From Candidatus Marinacidobacterales bacterium (GTDB lineage: Bacteria; Acidobacteriota; Vicinamibacteria; Marinacidobacterales; DATDRI01): a stretch of DNA of 64,000 nt. A model generated the notes under the pieces. It ran no database searches and had not been told where the DNA came from. It was given only the letters and a program-made list of their open reading frames with translations. Positions 9,563 through 21,312 of this stretch are shown here, in pieces; positions within the stretch are counted from its first letter, which is position 1, and the number at the start of each line of letters is the position of its first letter. The DNA lies in NCBI GenBank assembly GCA_965226495.1, contig OZ245365.1, positions 4,064,001-4,128,000 of the forward strand, in the 5' to 3' direction. The position numbers and the translations under genes are program-made.

Positions 9563-11293
9563 ATGCTGTCCCGCATCCTCAACGAGCAACAGGAGAAGCT
9601 CCTCGCCAAGGAACGCAAGTTCCTGCGCGCGTTGCACGTCGCCCTGACGGACCTCGAAGTCGCCGCCGAAGATCGAGCTACGTTCGAGGCCTCCATCCAG
9701 CAGCTCGACGAGCTTTTTCTTCTGGTAGTCGTCGGAGAATTCAACGCCGGCAAGAGCGTTTGTATCAATACGCTTGTCGGTGAAGTCGTCCTCGAGGAAG
9801 GCGTCACTCCGACGACGCAACGCATTTGCCTGCTCAAGTATGGCGAAGAGACCGGACGCGAGTCCGAGGATGGCCCCTTCGATATCATCACCGCGCCGGT
9901 GGAGCTTCTGAGAGAGATCACTGTCGTCGATACACCGGGTACGAATGCCATCCACCGAGAGCATGAGACCATCACGCGCGATTTCGTGCCTCGCTCGGAC
10001 TTAGTTCTTTTCGTCACGTCGGCGGACCGTCCGTTCACCGAAAGCGAACGAGACTTTCTGGAGAGCATCCGGGATTGGGGCAAGAAAATCGTCGTCGCCA
10101 TCAACAAGATCGACATTCTTGAAACCGAAGAAGAGCTGGACCGTGTCGTTGGTTTCGTTTCGGAGAATCTGAAATCCCTCCTCAAGGTTCAACCAGAGAT
10201 ATTCCCCATATCGGCACGCCAGGCGCTGCGGGCCAAAATAGAGGGCGAGACGGCCTCGAATAACGGCGGCGCCTTCGAAAAGCTCGAGCAGTTCATCGTC
10301 TCGACGCTGGACGAGGGGGAGCGGGTTCGCCTCAAGCTCCTCAACCCGATTGGAGTAGCTCAGCATCTAGTCCAAAAGTATCTTGCGCAGGTGGATACCC
10401 AACTCGAGCTCCTGACGGTGGACTTTCGTGCTCTGGAAGGAATCGAACGTCAGCTTTCCCTTTACAAAGAAGACCTCCAAAGGGATTTTCGCTTTCGTCT
10501 CTCGGACATCGACAATGCGCTCCTCGATTTCGAGACTCGCGGCAACGAGTACTTCGAAGAGACGATGCGTCTAGCACGCGTCTTCGATCTCGCCAACAAA
10601 TCAAAAGTGAAGAGTGATTTCGAGAAGAAGGTGGTTGCCGATCTGCCTCAAGTCATCGAGCAACGGGTTGCCGGTGTCATCGACTGGATGATTGAAGCCG
10701 AGCTGCGTCAATGGCAGGCGGTAACCGAATACTTGGAATCCAGTAAGACCCAAGAGTCCGAGAAAATGGTCGGTAAGGTCGGAGCGTTCGAGTATGACCG
10801 CAAGCGCCTACTCGATACGGTCGGACGCGCCGCGCGCCGCGCCGTCGATAGCTACGATCAAAACAAAGAATCCACTCGTCTTGCGGAATCGGTTCAGACC
10901 GCGGTGACTGGGGCGGCACTCCTGGAGGTAGGGGCGGTCGGTCTCGGGACGATCATGACGATGATCGCAAGTACGACCCTGGCCGATATGACTGGCATTC
11001 TCGCGGCGGGTGTCTTGTCGGCTCTCGGATTCCTCATTATCCCCGCGAAACGACGAAAGGCAAAGCGGGAGCTGCACCGTAAGGTCACTGACCTTCGCGA
11101 ACAGCTGATGAACGCGCTCAACGGCCAATTCGAGCGCGAGATCGAGCAGAGCCTGGCCCGTATTCGCGACGCGATCGCACCCTATACTCGCTTCGTCCGC
11201 GCCGAGCATATCCGACTGAGTGACGGGCAGAACGAGCTAGTCCGTATTCGTGATGGGCTGAACAAGCTCAAGTCCGACGTGAAATCGCTCTGA
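9563..11293 (+). CDS. Dynamin-like GTPase (bacterial dynamin / FZL-like)
   Basis: GEFNAGKS, VTPTT, DTPG and NKID G-motifs; coiled coils; C-terminal hydrophobic paddle. Confidence 0.9.
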   Translation: MLSRILNEQQEKLLAKERKFLRALHVALTDLEVAAEDRATFEASIQQLDELFLLVVVGEFNAGKSVCINTLVGEVVLEEGVTPTTQRICLLKYGEETGRESEDGPFDIITAPVELLREITVVDTPGTNAIHREHETITRDFVPRSDLVLFVTSADRPFTESERDFLESIRDWGKKIVVAINKIDILETEEELDRVVGFVSENLKSLLKVQPEIFPISARQALRAKIEGETASNNGGAFEKLEQFIVSTLDEGERVRLKLLNPIGVAQHLVQKYLAQVDTQLELLTVDFRALEGIERQLSLYKEDLQRDFRFRLSDIDNALLDFETRGNEYFEETMRLARVFDLANKSKVKSDFEKKVVADLPQVIEQRVAGVIDWMIEAELRQWQAVTEYLESSKTQESEKMVGKVGAFEYDRKRLLDTVGRAARRAVDSYDQNKESTRLAESVQTAVTGAALLEVGAVGLGTIMTMIASTTLADMTGILAAGVLSALGFLIIPAKRRKAKRELHRKVTDLREQLMNALNGQFEREIEQSLARIRDAIAPYTRFVRAEHIRLSDGQNELVRIRDGLNKLKSDVKSL

Positions 11294-11301
11294 GCGGCTC
11301 A

Positions 11302-11437
11302 TTAGTGCCTCAATGCGCGCTCACTCCTCGTTCGCGCGCTTGGCGCCTCGCTCCTCGCTCGGCGCTCCTTTCGTCGGCCCACTCGGGCCGGGCTCGCTCC
11401 GCTCGCGCAGGGTGCAGTGAGTTCCTCGAGCACCCTG
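11302..11437. repeat. Intergenic MITE/REP-like element, short copy
   Basis: 27-bp exact match (11330-11356) and both ends similar to the reverse complement of 46583-46820. Confidence 0.75.
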
Positions 11438-12698
11438 CTACCGAGCCGCTGCGGCTCGGAATTGCTGCCAGGCTTGGTTCACACCGACCGTGAACTCCAC
11501 CAACCGACGCTCGATGTCCGGCTCGTATTCGTCGAGTGTGCTGAGCAACGCCTTGCGTAGCTTAGAGTCGTGCGGAGAGGCCACCGTTTTAGGATGCCCT
11601 CGGCCGAGCTGGACTCCCACATCGTAGACGATCTCCGCCAGTTCCTCGGGACTCGCGAGGTCATTGATGGAAAGCTCCCAGTAATGATCTACCCAGCTAT
11701 GCACCCAAAAGCTCGAGCCATCCCAGAAATCAGAATCGAGACCGTGGTCTCCAGTTTTTCGCGGATCCAGGTAAATGAAACCGGTGAACTTGTAAGGCGT
11801 ATAGGCGATGCTTGATTGGGCGGCGAGGATGGGAAACGGGTCCTTAGGCCTTCGATGGACGCAGTCAATACCGCTCAGATCGCGGACCTCTTTTATTTCG
11901 ATAAGCACATCGTCATCAGGAGCGAGAGTGGGACCTTGTACCCGCGCTAGATACTTCTGGTCCAGCGCACTCCCGATACCCATACGCAGGCGACCCACCT
12001 TCACCACTTCGAAATAATGCGGTGGAAGATCCGGGTTCTCATCGTGGACCACCTTGGAGAAGAGGTCGACCGCGACCTGCCCCGTCAACTCGCTCATCGG
12101 CTCGGGGGCCATCAGAGAGTCGGCCCAAGCCAATAGAGGCCGGCGGTCGGAGTCGAAACTGGTGCGGACACGCGCCACGATTTGTGGCTCGGGCGCGGTG
12201 GTCTCCGGATCCTCGAGCGCCTCTCGGTAACCTCTTAGAAATTCCTCGACCAGCTCCGTCTCCTTGTCGAACCATCCCTTCTCCTCCGCCGCTAGTTGAG
12301 ATGGAGACGGCGAAACGAACGATGTCCAATGCGGCAGGCCCCGTCGAGGCGTCGTCGAAGTCGGTGAGGCCCCGACCCGACTCGGTCACCGAATACTGCT
12401 CGATGTGCGGATCACCATGGAGGTTCACGGTCGGCATGCCCGCCAGTTCTTGTTCGAAGTCCTCGCAGACAGCCTTGGCAAAGCGCCTGTTAATGAATCG
12501 GAAATACTGGTAGGGCGAGGCGACGATTCGTTTCAAGAGCTCGGGGTTCCTACTTAAATCATAGGAGTCGACCGGCACGAAGAGCCCCGACAAGCGGCTC
12601 GCGCCAGCGTCAGTACCGTCGACATCCGAACCGGGAGAGCACTGGGTGATGATGAGCAAAGGCAACGCAAGCAAGAGCTTCCGGGCGGCGGACGGCAC
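11438..12698 (-). pseudogene. DUF2252-like kinase-fold lipoprotein with a single-base frameshift near 12300
   Basis: LHGDPH and DFDD motifs in the 5' ORF; removing one base after AVSI gives QLAAEEKGW...EEFLRGYREAL, in frame with the 3' ORF (GIGS, IEIKEV). Confidence 0.75.
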
Positions 12699-12801
12699 AG
12701 CCAGAGAGTCTGTCGTAGTCCGAGTTGGACGTCAAACGGTGCCTAAGGGATAATGCCGCGGACTAGCGCCTCGATACTTCGAAAACCTAAGGAGACCGTA
12801 G

Positions 12802-14662
12802 ATGCCGTTCGTTCTCAGTGTAGTCGCGACGATCCTATTGTTGACCAGCGCGCCTTTGGCTGCCCAGGACGAGCCCGCCGCATGGCCGCGTCAGGTCGAA
12901 GCGCCTGCCGCGAAGATCCTCATCTACCAACCGCAGCCCGAATCCTTCAAGGGCGATCGCCTGACCGGCCGGGCGGCGGTCTCCGTGACACCAAATGGAA
13001 AGACCGACCCCGTCTTCGGCGTGATGTGGATCGATGCGAGGGTTTCGACAGATCGTGACACGCGGATGGTCGACATTCTGGATGCCAAAGTCGAGAACGT
13101 GAGGTTCCCGGAAGCGACGACCGAACAAGAGGAGGAGTTTAAAAAACTCGTCGAAACGGAGGTCCCCAAATGGCAACTATCCATGTCGCTCGATCGTCTC
13201 CTCGCTTCGCTAGAGTTGGCGGATAAAGAAAAGATCGCTGCCGACAAGCTCAACATGGCTCCACCGGCTATCACGTTCGTCACCTACCCAGCGGTCCTGA
13301 TCAGCATCGACGGCGCACCTGAGCTCCGTGCCATCGACGACTCGACCATGATGCGCGTCGTAAACACCCCCTTTACGATCCTCCAGGAACCCGGCAGCAC
13401 GTACTACCTCTACGACGGCGTGGACTGGCGCAACGCAACGAACATCAAAGGCCCATGGCAAAAAGACCCCAACCCTCCCAAGAAGGTCTCGGAGCTGACC
13501 CCGAAAGCTGACCCTGAGGACCAGAAAGACCAGCCCGATGAGCCTGACGAGCCTGACGAGCCTGACGAGGCTGTCGTGGAGCCTCCGATCCTTATCGTGG
13601 CCACCGAGCCCGCCGAGCTCATCGTTTCGAAGGGTGACCCCGAGTACTCCCCCATCGATGGCACCGACCTTCTCTACATGAGCAACACCGACAGCGATGT
13701 CTTCAAAGAGATCGCCAGCCAACAGAACTACGTCGTCCTTTCGGGACGGTGGTTCCAGAGTGGATCGCTGAACGGACCGTGGACCAATGTCGCTTCTGAT
13801 AAGTTGCCGGCCGACTTTGCGAAAATTCCTCCTGAGTCCGCCAAGGGAGATGTTCTGACATTCGTCGCCGGAACGCAGCAAGCCAAGGACGCGGTCATGG
13901 ACGCTCACATTCCGCAGACCACGGCCGTCAAACGCGGCGAAGACAACACGGTGGCGGTAGACTACGACGGATCACCTAGGTTCAAGAAGATCGAGGGCAC
14001 CGAGGTGTCCTACGCGATCAACACGGATCAGGCGGTGTTCTCGATCGATAGGCAGTACTTCTGTGCCTACGAGGGCGTTTGGTACGTTTCGAATATGGTC
14101 TACGGCCCGTTCGAAGTCGCAACAAGCCGTCGCCGTACATTTAACTATGTTGTCGCGCAACACACCCGGCTATACGACCACCTACGTAGCGAGACCGGCG
14201 TACGGGCTCAGTTACAGCACCGGCCGGTTCACGTTCGGAATCGGCTACTCGAGTCGCTGGTATCCGTACGGTTACCGCGGAGGTTTGTGGGGCCCTGTAG
14301 GACGCTATGGATACCGCGGTGGCTATAATCGTGGCTACGCTCGCGGTGCCCACAACGCCAACATCTACAACCGTCGCCGAAACGTTGCGCGCAACACACC
14401 GCGAGCGAGACCGGCAGGAACGTCGCGGCGCATGGCCGCCCCTGCGAGTGCCGGTCGGAACAACGTCTACGCGGATCGCAACGGAAACGTGCACCGCAAC
14501 CAAAATGGCAACTGGCAGTCACGAAGCGGCGGCAGTTGGTCTGGAGGCGGTGGTTCCGGAAACCTGAGCAATCACCAAAGCTCCCGGCAAAGAGGCACGG
14601 CGCGAACCAATAGCTACAACCGCGGCGGGGGCCGAGGCGGGGGCGGGAGAGGTCGGCGCTAG
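12802..14662 (+). pseudogene. Large exported protein (family often labelled carbohydrate-binding family V/XII), frameshifted or internally deleted near 14125-14165
   Basis: Signal peptide; IYQPQ, RVVNT, VLSGRWF and FAKIP motifs; Tyr/Gly-rich part and NNVYADRNGNV..RGG tail continue in another frame (14063-14662). Confidence 0.7.
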
Positions 14663-14799
14663 GCGAAACACCCCTGGAAGGCTGGGGCTACGCGCCATCC
14701 TCTTCCGGATTTGATCCACCCCACTCCAACCACTACTATCGTCGCGCCTTTCGGCAAGGATGGAGCGCGCGTAGCTGACTACACCGCAAGGGAAACCAT

Positions 14800-17700
14800 A
14801 TGTCGAGACTCCTCGTAACGCTCCTCTCTTTTTTGCTTATCGGTGCGGCTGTCGTCATCGATGACGAGCCCTGGGATATCGAGGCGGATCGGGCACCTTC
14901 CAAGGAGTTCATCTATCAAGCCACAGAGGGCACTTGGACCGGTGTCGACGTCTCACCGGATGGTCGCCAGATCGCATTCGATCTTCTTGGGCATATCTAT
15001 GTCATGCCCATCGGGGGCGGCAAGGGGACGGCGCTGACCCACGGCCGTTCCTGGAACGAGTTTCCGCGGTATAGCCCGGACGGCAAGAGCCTAGCGTTCA
15101 CGTCGGATCGAAGCGGTAGCGAAGACCTCTGGGTCATGACGCTTTCCGACTCGAGCCTCGAGAATGTGTCCCAGATGGACCTTCCGGTATTCCAGGGGAC
15201 CTGGTCCAAGAGCGGTCGTCACCTCTACGGTACGGCACTCAACCTGAAGGTGAGGTTTCCCGTCTATCAGTTCAATTTCTATGGAACCCGGCAAGAATTG
15301 ATCCCCGACGACGAACGCGCCCCAGTGAACCACCTGGTGCCCCATCCCACCGACAACGTCCTCTACTTCGAGCATAACGACAAATCGCTTCCGGCCAGCG
15401 GTCCCCGCATCAAGAAATACGATCTTGCTACCGGGGAAACATCGGTCTACATCGACCGACCGGGGGGAGCCGCGAACCCGAGAATCTCTCCGGATGGAAA
15501 ATATCTGGCATTCGTCCATCGGGACGATCAGCAGACCGTTTTGATGTTGCACGATCTGGAGACGCGGCAGGAAAGAGTCCTGTTCGGCCGACTCGACCGA
15601 GGCCGGTTCGAGTCTCGAAGCTTCTACGGCTGCTATCCCAACATGGCTTGGCATCCTAATGGAAACGAGATCTTCATCTCTTACGGGGGAGAGATTCACG
15701 CTATCGACATCGTTTCGCGCGCGACACGGCCGATCCCCTTCCAGGCCGAGGTTCGTCGGAAGATCGACGAAACCATCCGTTTCCCCGTCGACGTGGCAGA
15801 TAAGACCACTCGCACGCGTGCCCACCGATGGGCGCAACGAATCCCTAGTGGAATCCTATTCGAAGCGTTAGGTGACCTGTATCTGAAGTCCGAGGACGCG
15901 CTTCAGAATCTCACCGAGTCGTCTTCCCATGAAACGAACCCGATCTACGATCGATCCTCGGGACAGGTCTTCTACGCCTCCTGGAGCGACGGCGATCTGG
16001 GTGCCATCTACTCTTTGGTACCGGATGGTGGCTCGCCACTGAAGCTCACGACGATCCCTTCGCAGTACGGCGCGCTGGCGCTATCGTCCGACGGCAAGAC
16101 ATTGGCCTACATCCGGGGACGGGGCGACCTCATCAATGGAACCAAGCTCGAGAATCAAACGCGATTTGAGTTAGTGACGTTCCGGGAGGGACGGGAGCAG
16201 AAAGTCACCGATATCGATTGGACCAGGAATCGCTATGGCAAACGCCCTCCCACGATTCTTTTTTCGCCGAACGACGAGTTGATCTACTTTACCGAGTATG
16301 TCGAGGATGCCCTGACGCTCAAGACCATCCATCCCAACGGCCTTGGCGAGAAATCACTTTACATTTTCTCGCACGCCACCCGGGCCATCGTCTCTCCCGA
16401 TGTAGAGTGGATCGCCTACCGCGAATACCACCGGACCTACGTGACGCCGTTCGAGTATGCGGGCCAGCCCATCACCATCAGCGCCGCCGACGACGAAGGA
16501 TTCAGCAAACGTGTGGACCTGGAGGATGGTGACTTCACCGAGTGGACGCCGGAGTCCGATGCACTCTACTGGACCCGTGGGCGCTATTTCCACGAGAAGT
16601 CACTCGAGGACGTTCTGGAGGGGAAAGAGACGGCGCAGAAGAGCGGCCTCTCCATGGAGCTCGAGGTCGCGGCCCCAGAGTCCGTGATCGCGATCAAGGG
16701 TGTTCGGGTTTTGACCATGAACGGCGATCGGGACGTGATCGAAGACGCGACCATCTTGATTCGACGGAATCGGATCGAGGCGGTCGGAGCAGACATCGAG
16801 ATACCCAGCGATGCGAAGGTCTACGATCTGGCTGGCGATACCGTGATGCCGGGGATCTTCGATGCCCACGGCCACTACGGCAGCCCCATCTCGGCCCTCA
16901 ACGTCATCGAACAACGGCTCTATGGCCTACGGGCCAATCTAGCCTACGGTGTCACGACGATGTTCGACGTCTACGGCACGACACAGAAGGACTTTTGGGT
17001 GTCGGACATGCTGCGCGGGGGCTCTCTCGTCGGTCCGCGCATTTTCTCGGTCGGCGACCCTATCTTCGTCACCAAGTACCGCACGAAGATGCACCGCCCC
17101 ATCCAGTCTCTGGATGACGCGCTGGAGCATGCTCGCTTCAACCAAGATCACGGCGCCACGACTTTGAAAGATTATTCCAACCACACCCGCGCCGCCCGAC
17201 AACAGCTGGCCACCGCCGCTCGCCAGCAAGGACTCAACCTCGTGACCGAGTCCTTCGCCAACCCTTCGATGAACTTGACGCAACTGATCGACGGTTTCAC
17301 CGGCATTGAACACACTATGGGGCTGACCCCGCTGTATGACGACGTCGTTCAATTCTTCGCCGCCACCGATGTAGGCATGACACCCACGCTCATCGTGGTC
17401 TATGACGGTCCCGCGGGAGAGCGCTACTTCCACCAGTCGGAGCGTCTCTGGGAGGAGCCGAAGCTCCTCCAGTTCTTCCGCAAGGACGAGCTCCTTCGTC
17501 TGCGTCGGCCCACTCACTATTGGGACGACGACTTTTCACACAAGATCATGGCGCGAGAGGTACGCAAACTCTATCAAGCAGGAGTTTCGCTCCAGATGGG
17601 TGCTCATGGGCAGATGATGGGGTTGGGCGCGCACTGGGAGATGGAGCTCTTCGTCCAAGGCGGTTTCACGCCCATGGAAGCGCTCGAGATCGCGACCATC

Positions 17701-17952
17701 AACGGCTTCAAGCACCAAGGGCTCGACCGCGAGCTCGGATCGCTCGAGCCGGGTAAGCTCGCGGACCTGGTCATCCTGAAGGAGAACCCGCTGGATGACA
17801 TCCGCAACACGCGCTCTATCCGTTATGTCGTGAAGAATGGTGTCGTTTACAGCGGCGAAGACGCATCCCGGGTGTATCCCGATCCGCAGCCTGCGCGACC
17901 GCTCTACTTCAAAGAAAGGACCCCCCTGAGCGAAGATGGTTCACCGGATTAG
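14800..17952 (+). CDS. Amidohydrolase with N-terminal PD40/TolB-like beta-propeller
   Basis: Signal peptide; DVSPDG and SPDG repeats; MPGIFDAHGH, GAHGQ and GSLEPGKLADLV motifs. Confidence 0.92.
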   Translation: MSRLLVTLLSFLLIGAAVVIDDEPWDIEADRAPSKEFIYQATEGTWTGVDVSPDGRQIAFDLLGHIYVMPIGGGKGTALTHGRSWNEFPRYSPDGKSLAFTSDRSGSEDLWVMTLSDSSLENVSQMDLPVFQGTWSKSGRHLYGTALNLKVRFPVYQFNFYGTRQELIPDDERAPVNHLVPHPTDNVLYFEHNDKSLPASGPRIKKYDLATGETSVYIDRPGGAANPRISPDGKYLAFVHRDDQQTVLMLHDLETRQERVLFGRLDRGRFESRSFYGCYPNMAWHPNGNEIFISYGGEIHAIDIVSRATRPIPFQAEVRRKIDETIRFPVDVADKTTRTRAHRWAQRIPSGILFEALGDLYLKSEDALQNLTESSSHETNPIYDRSSGQVFYASWSDGDLGAIYSLVPDGGSPLKLTTIPSQYGALALSSDGKTLAYIRGRGDLINGTKLENQTRFELVTFREGREQKVTDIDWTRNRYGKRPPTILFSPNDELIYFTEYVEDALTLKTIHPNGLGEKSLYIFSHATRAIVSPDVEWIAYREYHRTYVTPFEYAGQPITISAADDEGFSKRVDLEDGDFTEWTPESDALYWTRGRYFHEKSLEDVLEGKETAQKSGLSMELEVAAPESVIAIKGVRVLTMNGDRDVIEDATILIRRNRIEAVGADIEIPSDAKVYDLAGDTVMPGIFDAHGHYGSPISALNVIEQRLYGLRANLAYGVTTMFDVYGTTQKDFWVSDMLRGGSLVGPRIFSVGDPIFVTKYRTKMHRPIQSLDDALEHARFNQDHGATTLKDYSNHTRAARQQLATAARQQGLNLVTESFANPSMNLTQLIDGFTGIEHTMGLTPLYDDVVQFFAATDVGMTPTLIVVYDGPAGERYFHQSERLWEEPKLLQFFRKDELLRLRRPTHYWDDDFSHKIMAREVRKLYQAGVSLQMGAHGQMMGLGAHWEMELFVQGGFTPMEALEIATINGFKHQGLDRELGSLEPGKLADLVILKENPLDDIRNTRSIRYVVKNGVVYSGEDASRVYPDPQPARPLYFKERTPLSEDGSPD

Positions 17953-17988
17953 GGAGCAACCACGACGGTTCTGAGGGGGAAGACGGGC

Positions 17989-19716
17989 ATGAACGACGAA
18001 GACAAGTTGCTGGGAATGGACCACTCCATTACCAGACGGGATTTTCTCCAAGGGGTCGCCTTGAGCCTTGCCGCCTCCCGATTAGGAAGCGCCCAAGACC
18101 CGCCGCCGACGCCCTACCCCCCTCTGCTTCATGGCCTGCGCGGGCAAGACCCGGGGTCAACCGAGCTCGGCCACCGCATCCGCGACGGCAAAACCGAAAT
18201 TCAAACCGACGTGGTGGACACCGGGGAGCACTACGACCTCATCGTTCTAGGAGCCGGCCTCGCCGGCCTTTGCTCTAGCTATGTCTACCGGCGCGAAAGA
18301 AATAGCGCGCGCATTCTCCTTCTGGATAATCAGGACGACTTCGGAGGGCATGCTCGTCGCAACACGTTCGAATGGAACGGGACGACCTTGATCGCACCGG
18401 GAGGAACATTCGCCCTCGAGAACCCCGAAGACTCGCCGAGAGGAGCGGAGGAGATCCTGGAAAGCATCGGGATCGACCTCCAACTCCTCGAGGGTTATCG
18501 GGATCGAGACTTCTTCAAGCGCTATGGACTCTCCTACGGCGTTTTCTTCGACCCCAGGACATACGCCGGAATTCAACCCACGTGGGTGAACCAGTTTTAC
18601 GACATCCCCTACAAGGAGTTTTTTCGCAGATCGGGAATTCCCGAAGAGGCGCAGCGAGAGCTCGTGAACCTCTACACGACGCGGAGGATGTACCTGGCGG
18701 GAGGCGACCGCGAGACGGCCCTCGCCGGCATGACCTGGGAACAGTTCATTCGCGAAACCATGGGGCTGGGAGACCATGCGGTGCGCTTCGCGAATCTCTA
18801 CTCCACTGACCTCGTTGGGCTCGGTTGCGATGCGGTGTCGGCGCTCGACGGCTTCGAGATCGGCCCAGGTTTTTCCGGGATGGGAGGCCCAGGGTTCGTC
18901 GACAGAAATGGAATCCCGCGCTACGGCTATCGGCCGGTACACCGCTTCCCCGACGGAAATCACACCATCGCCCGTTTATTGCTCAAGAAAATTCTCCCCG
19001 CTGCGGTCCCCACAGAAGACACGGTGGGCGACGTGGATACGGAAGACACCGTAGACAGGATGGCAGGGGTCTTCAACAGCCGGATCCGCTACGACCAGTT
19101 CGACCGACCCGAGCATCGAGTGCGGATTCGCTTGCGCTCTTTAGCTATCCGGGTCGAGCAGATCGAAAACGGCAGTCGCGTCGCGGTTTACTACACTCAG
19201 CCCGACGGCCGCGTGCATCGCGTCACCGCGCGGGGAGTGGTCGTCGCTGCCTGGGGGATGGCCGCCAAGCACATCGTGCCCGAGTTGCCCGTGGAACAAA
19301 AGAGTGCCCTCGAACAATATCGATATTGCTCGGCGCTCTATATCAATGTGCTCTTGCGACACTGGCGCCCCATCGCCGATATCGGGGCCTTCGAAATGCA
19401 ATGGCCGGACGGCTACTGCACTTGGATGCACGTTTCGGATCCTCTACTCGTGGGCGCCTATCAACCGGAGTACCATCCGGACAAGCCGACCGTCTTGTCG
19501 ATGTACAAGTACGTTTACAAACCGGGACTTCCGCCCGGCGATCAGATGAAGCTCGGGCGCTACGAAATGGAAAGCAAATCCTTCGAAGATTACGAACGCG
19601 AGATACGATCCGAGCTAAATCACGCCTTCGGCCCGTGGGGCTTCGATGCGGCCAAGGACATCCTGGCCATCACCGTTAATCGCTGGGGACACGGCTCGAT
19701 GCGCCGACGGAATTGA
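17989..19716 (+). pseudogene. Spermidine dehydrogenase (SpdH)-like Tat-exported flavoprotein, 3'-truncated
   Basis: TRRDFL Tat motif; GAGLAG; DDFGGHARRN; HRFPDGN; ends abruptly after ITVNRWGHG. Confidence 0.75.
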
Positions 19717-19753
19717 AAACTGCGCCTCTCACACCTTGGCCGCTGGAACGCTT

Positions 19754-20644
19754 TCAGAAGTCTACGTTGTAACAGCGAACCTCCACAAGCGACCACGGCG
19801 CCAGCCTAGACTCTAGGAACTCGTGCGGTTCGTAGTACGGATTGGGGTTCTCGGCGAGTTGCCTGACGTGATCCCGCTGATCGTCGGACAAGCCGTTCCA
19901 CCAGTCGAGCGCAAAGTAGGTATTGCCGAGATACAGGAAGAGCAGCTGAGGCAGTAGAACCGCCAACCGGCTCTCGGACAGCGCCAGAATGCTCTCGACG
20001 AATCGTCTCGCCTTGTCCGCATTGTGAAGCCACGAAAAGACCACTGCCGGTCCGACCGCATTGACGTCCAACGCAACGGACAGCCATTCCATGGTCGTAC
20101 TGACGTCGTGCAGCACTTGGAGTTGTCGGCCGTTCATGTCGACGTCGGGAGTAAGGGTACCAGTCGTGGCAAGACACGTCGGACCGGAGAATTCGATGGC
20201 AACCGTGCTGACGGCTGTGGCTTCACTGCGGAGAATGGCTTCATCGAGGTGTTTCTTGACTGGGATTAGATCCTCGAGGCCCCTCCGAACGCCGAGGTTG
20301 TGGAGTCTTAGCTGTTCTTGAATAATCCTCTGCTGTTCTGGCGGGCAACCACGATCGAGCAGGCGTCGGGTCGTCTCATATGCTGCTGCAGCGCCGAGCT
20401 TCTCGTACATCTCATGACAAAGCGCCCTGTATCCGAGCAGAAAGCACTGCGCATGAGAGGACACGAACGGTGTCGACTCCAGCTGAGCGAAGGTCGCACC
20501 GTCATGCAGCGCGCAGAAACCTGGGATTGTGGACGCTTTCCTCCAACCGATTCGATGGGGGCCGTCAGTTCTAAAGGACGCGGGCCTGTGCTCTGGATGA
20601 AACGACAGTAGATGTTGCGAGGAATCTACGAGTTCCTTGAGCAC
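19754..20644 (-). CDS. Hypothetical protein resembling the C-terminal domain of SEC-C-motif proteins; probably 5'-truncated
   Basis: IGWRKAST.PGFC..HD...F..LE motif; no RBS, and the start abuts an unrelated repeat fragment. Confidence 0.6.
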   Translation of the reverse strand: MLKELVDSSQHLLSFHPEHRPASFRTDGPHRIGWRKASTIPGFCALHDGATFAQLESTPFVSSHAQCFLLGYRALCHEMYEKLGAAAAYETTRRLLDRGCPPEQQRIIQEQLRLHNLGVRRGLEDLIPVKKHLDEAILRSEATAVSTVAIEFSGPTCLATTGTLTPDVDMNGRQLQVLHDVSTTMEWLSVALDVNAVGPAVVFSWLHNADKARRFVESILALSESRLAVLLPQLLFLYLGNTYFALDWWNGLSDDQRDHVRQLAENPNPYYEPHEFLESRLAPWSLVEVRCYNVDF

Positions 20645-20706
20645 GCGACGATGCTGCTGGCACCGGTGGCGCTCATCATATTGCCATCCAGTTTCGTTAT
20701 CGTCAC
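20641..20706 (+). repeat. Fragment of a small membrane-protein gene, paralogous to 30261-30320 and 33721-33888
   Basis: 31/37 identity with 33732-33768 and 21/26 identity with the block following 33795. Confidence 0.65.
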
Positions 20707-20763
20707 CAACCTCCCTCCGGCGCTCGAGGGCGCGGGAGGGAGGTCGGCAACGCGGGACGTCGT

Positions 20764-21312
20764 TCAGGCGGGGAGATCTTCCATCACTCTCATCGCCTCA
20801 CGGCGAGCCTTCTCGAACGGGTCCTCGGTGAGGCTGAACCTCCTGACTTCGAGTCCACCGATCACGAAGAAAAGGCTCTGCACGAGGAAGAAGCCCCAGA
20901 CCGCGATACCAAGACTGAGACTCGACGGACTCGCCAGCGAACCGGCAAGCAATCCAGCGACGCCCGCAAGGCCGAGCTCAACCGATACCGCCCTGGCCAA
21001 GCGCCTCGGGAACAAGAAGCCGCTTCGCATCAGACCCAGGACCATGGTCACTCCCAGCAAAGCGGCTGCGTTGCCCGGCGCGAGCAGGCAGATGGCGACT
21101 CCGATCACGCCGGACAGCATGCCGATGCGGAGACCACGACCTAGGCTCGGCGCGATCGCGACCAGGTAGCTCACGGTGAGGAAAAGGCACCACCAAAGCC
21201 ACGCTGTGCCGAAACCGAAGAGCGGCGGCGCGATTAGGCTGTAGGCAACGGTGGCGAGGCCGGCAATGGCCGCGAACATGAGGTTTCCAGCTAAGTTTCC
21301 GAATCGCATCAT
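20764..21312 (-). CDS. Multi-pass membrane protein, third gene of the vWA-pspA operon
   Basis: ATGA overlap with pspA stop, AGGAGG RBS; about 5-6 hydrophobic segments; C-terminal DPFEKARREA helix. Confidence 0.8.
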   Translation of the reverse strand: MMRFGNLAGNLMFAAIAGLATVAYSLIAPPLFGFGTAWLWWCLFLTVSYLVAIAPSLGRGLRIGMLSGVIGVAICLLAPGNAAALLGVTMVLGLMRSGFLFPRRLARAVSVELGLAGVAGLLAGSLASPSSLSLGIAVWGFFLVQSLFFVIGGLEVRRFSLTEDPFEKARREAMRVMEDLPA

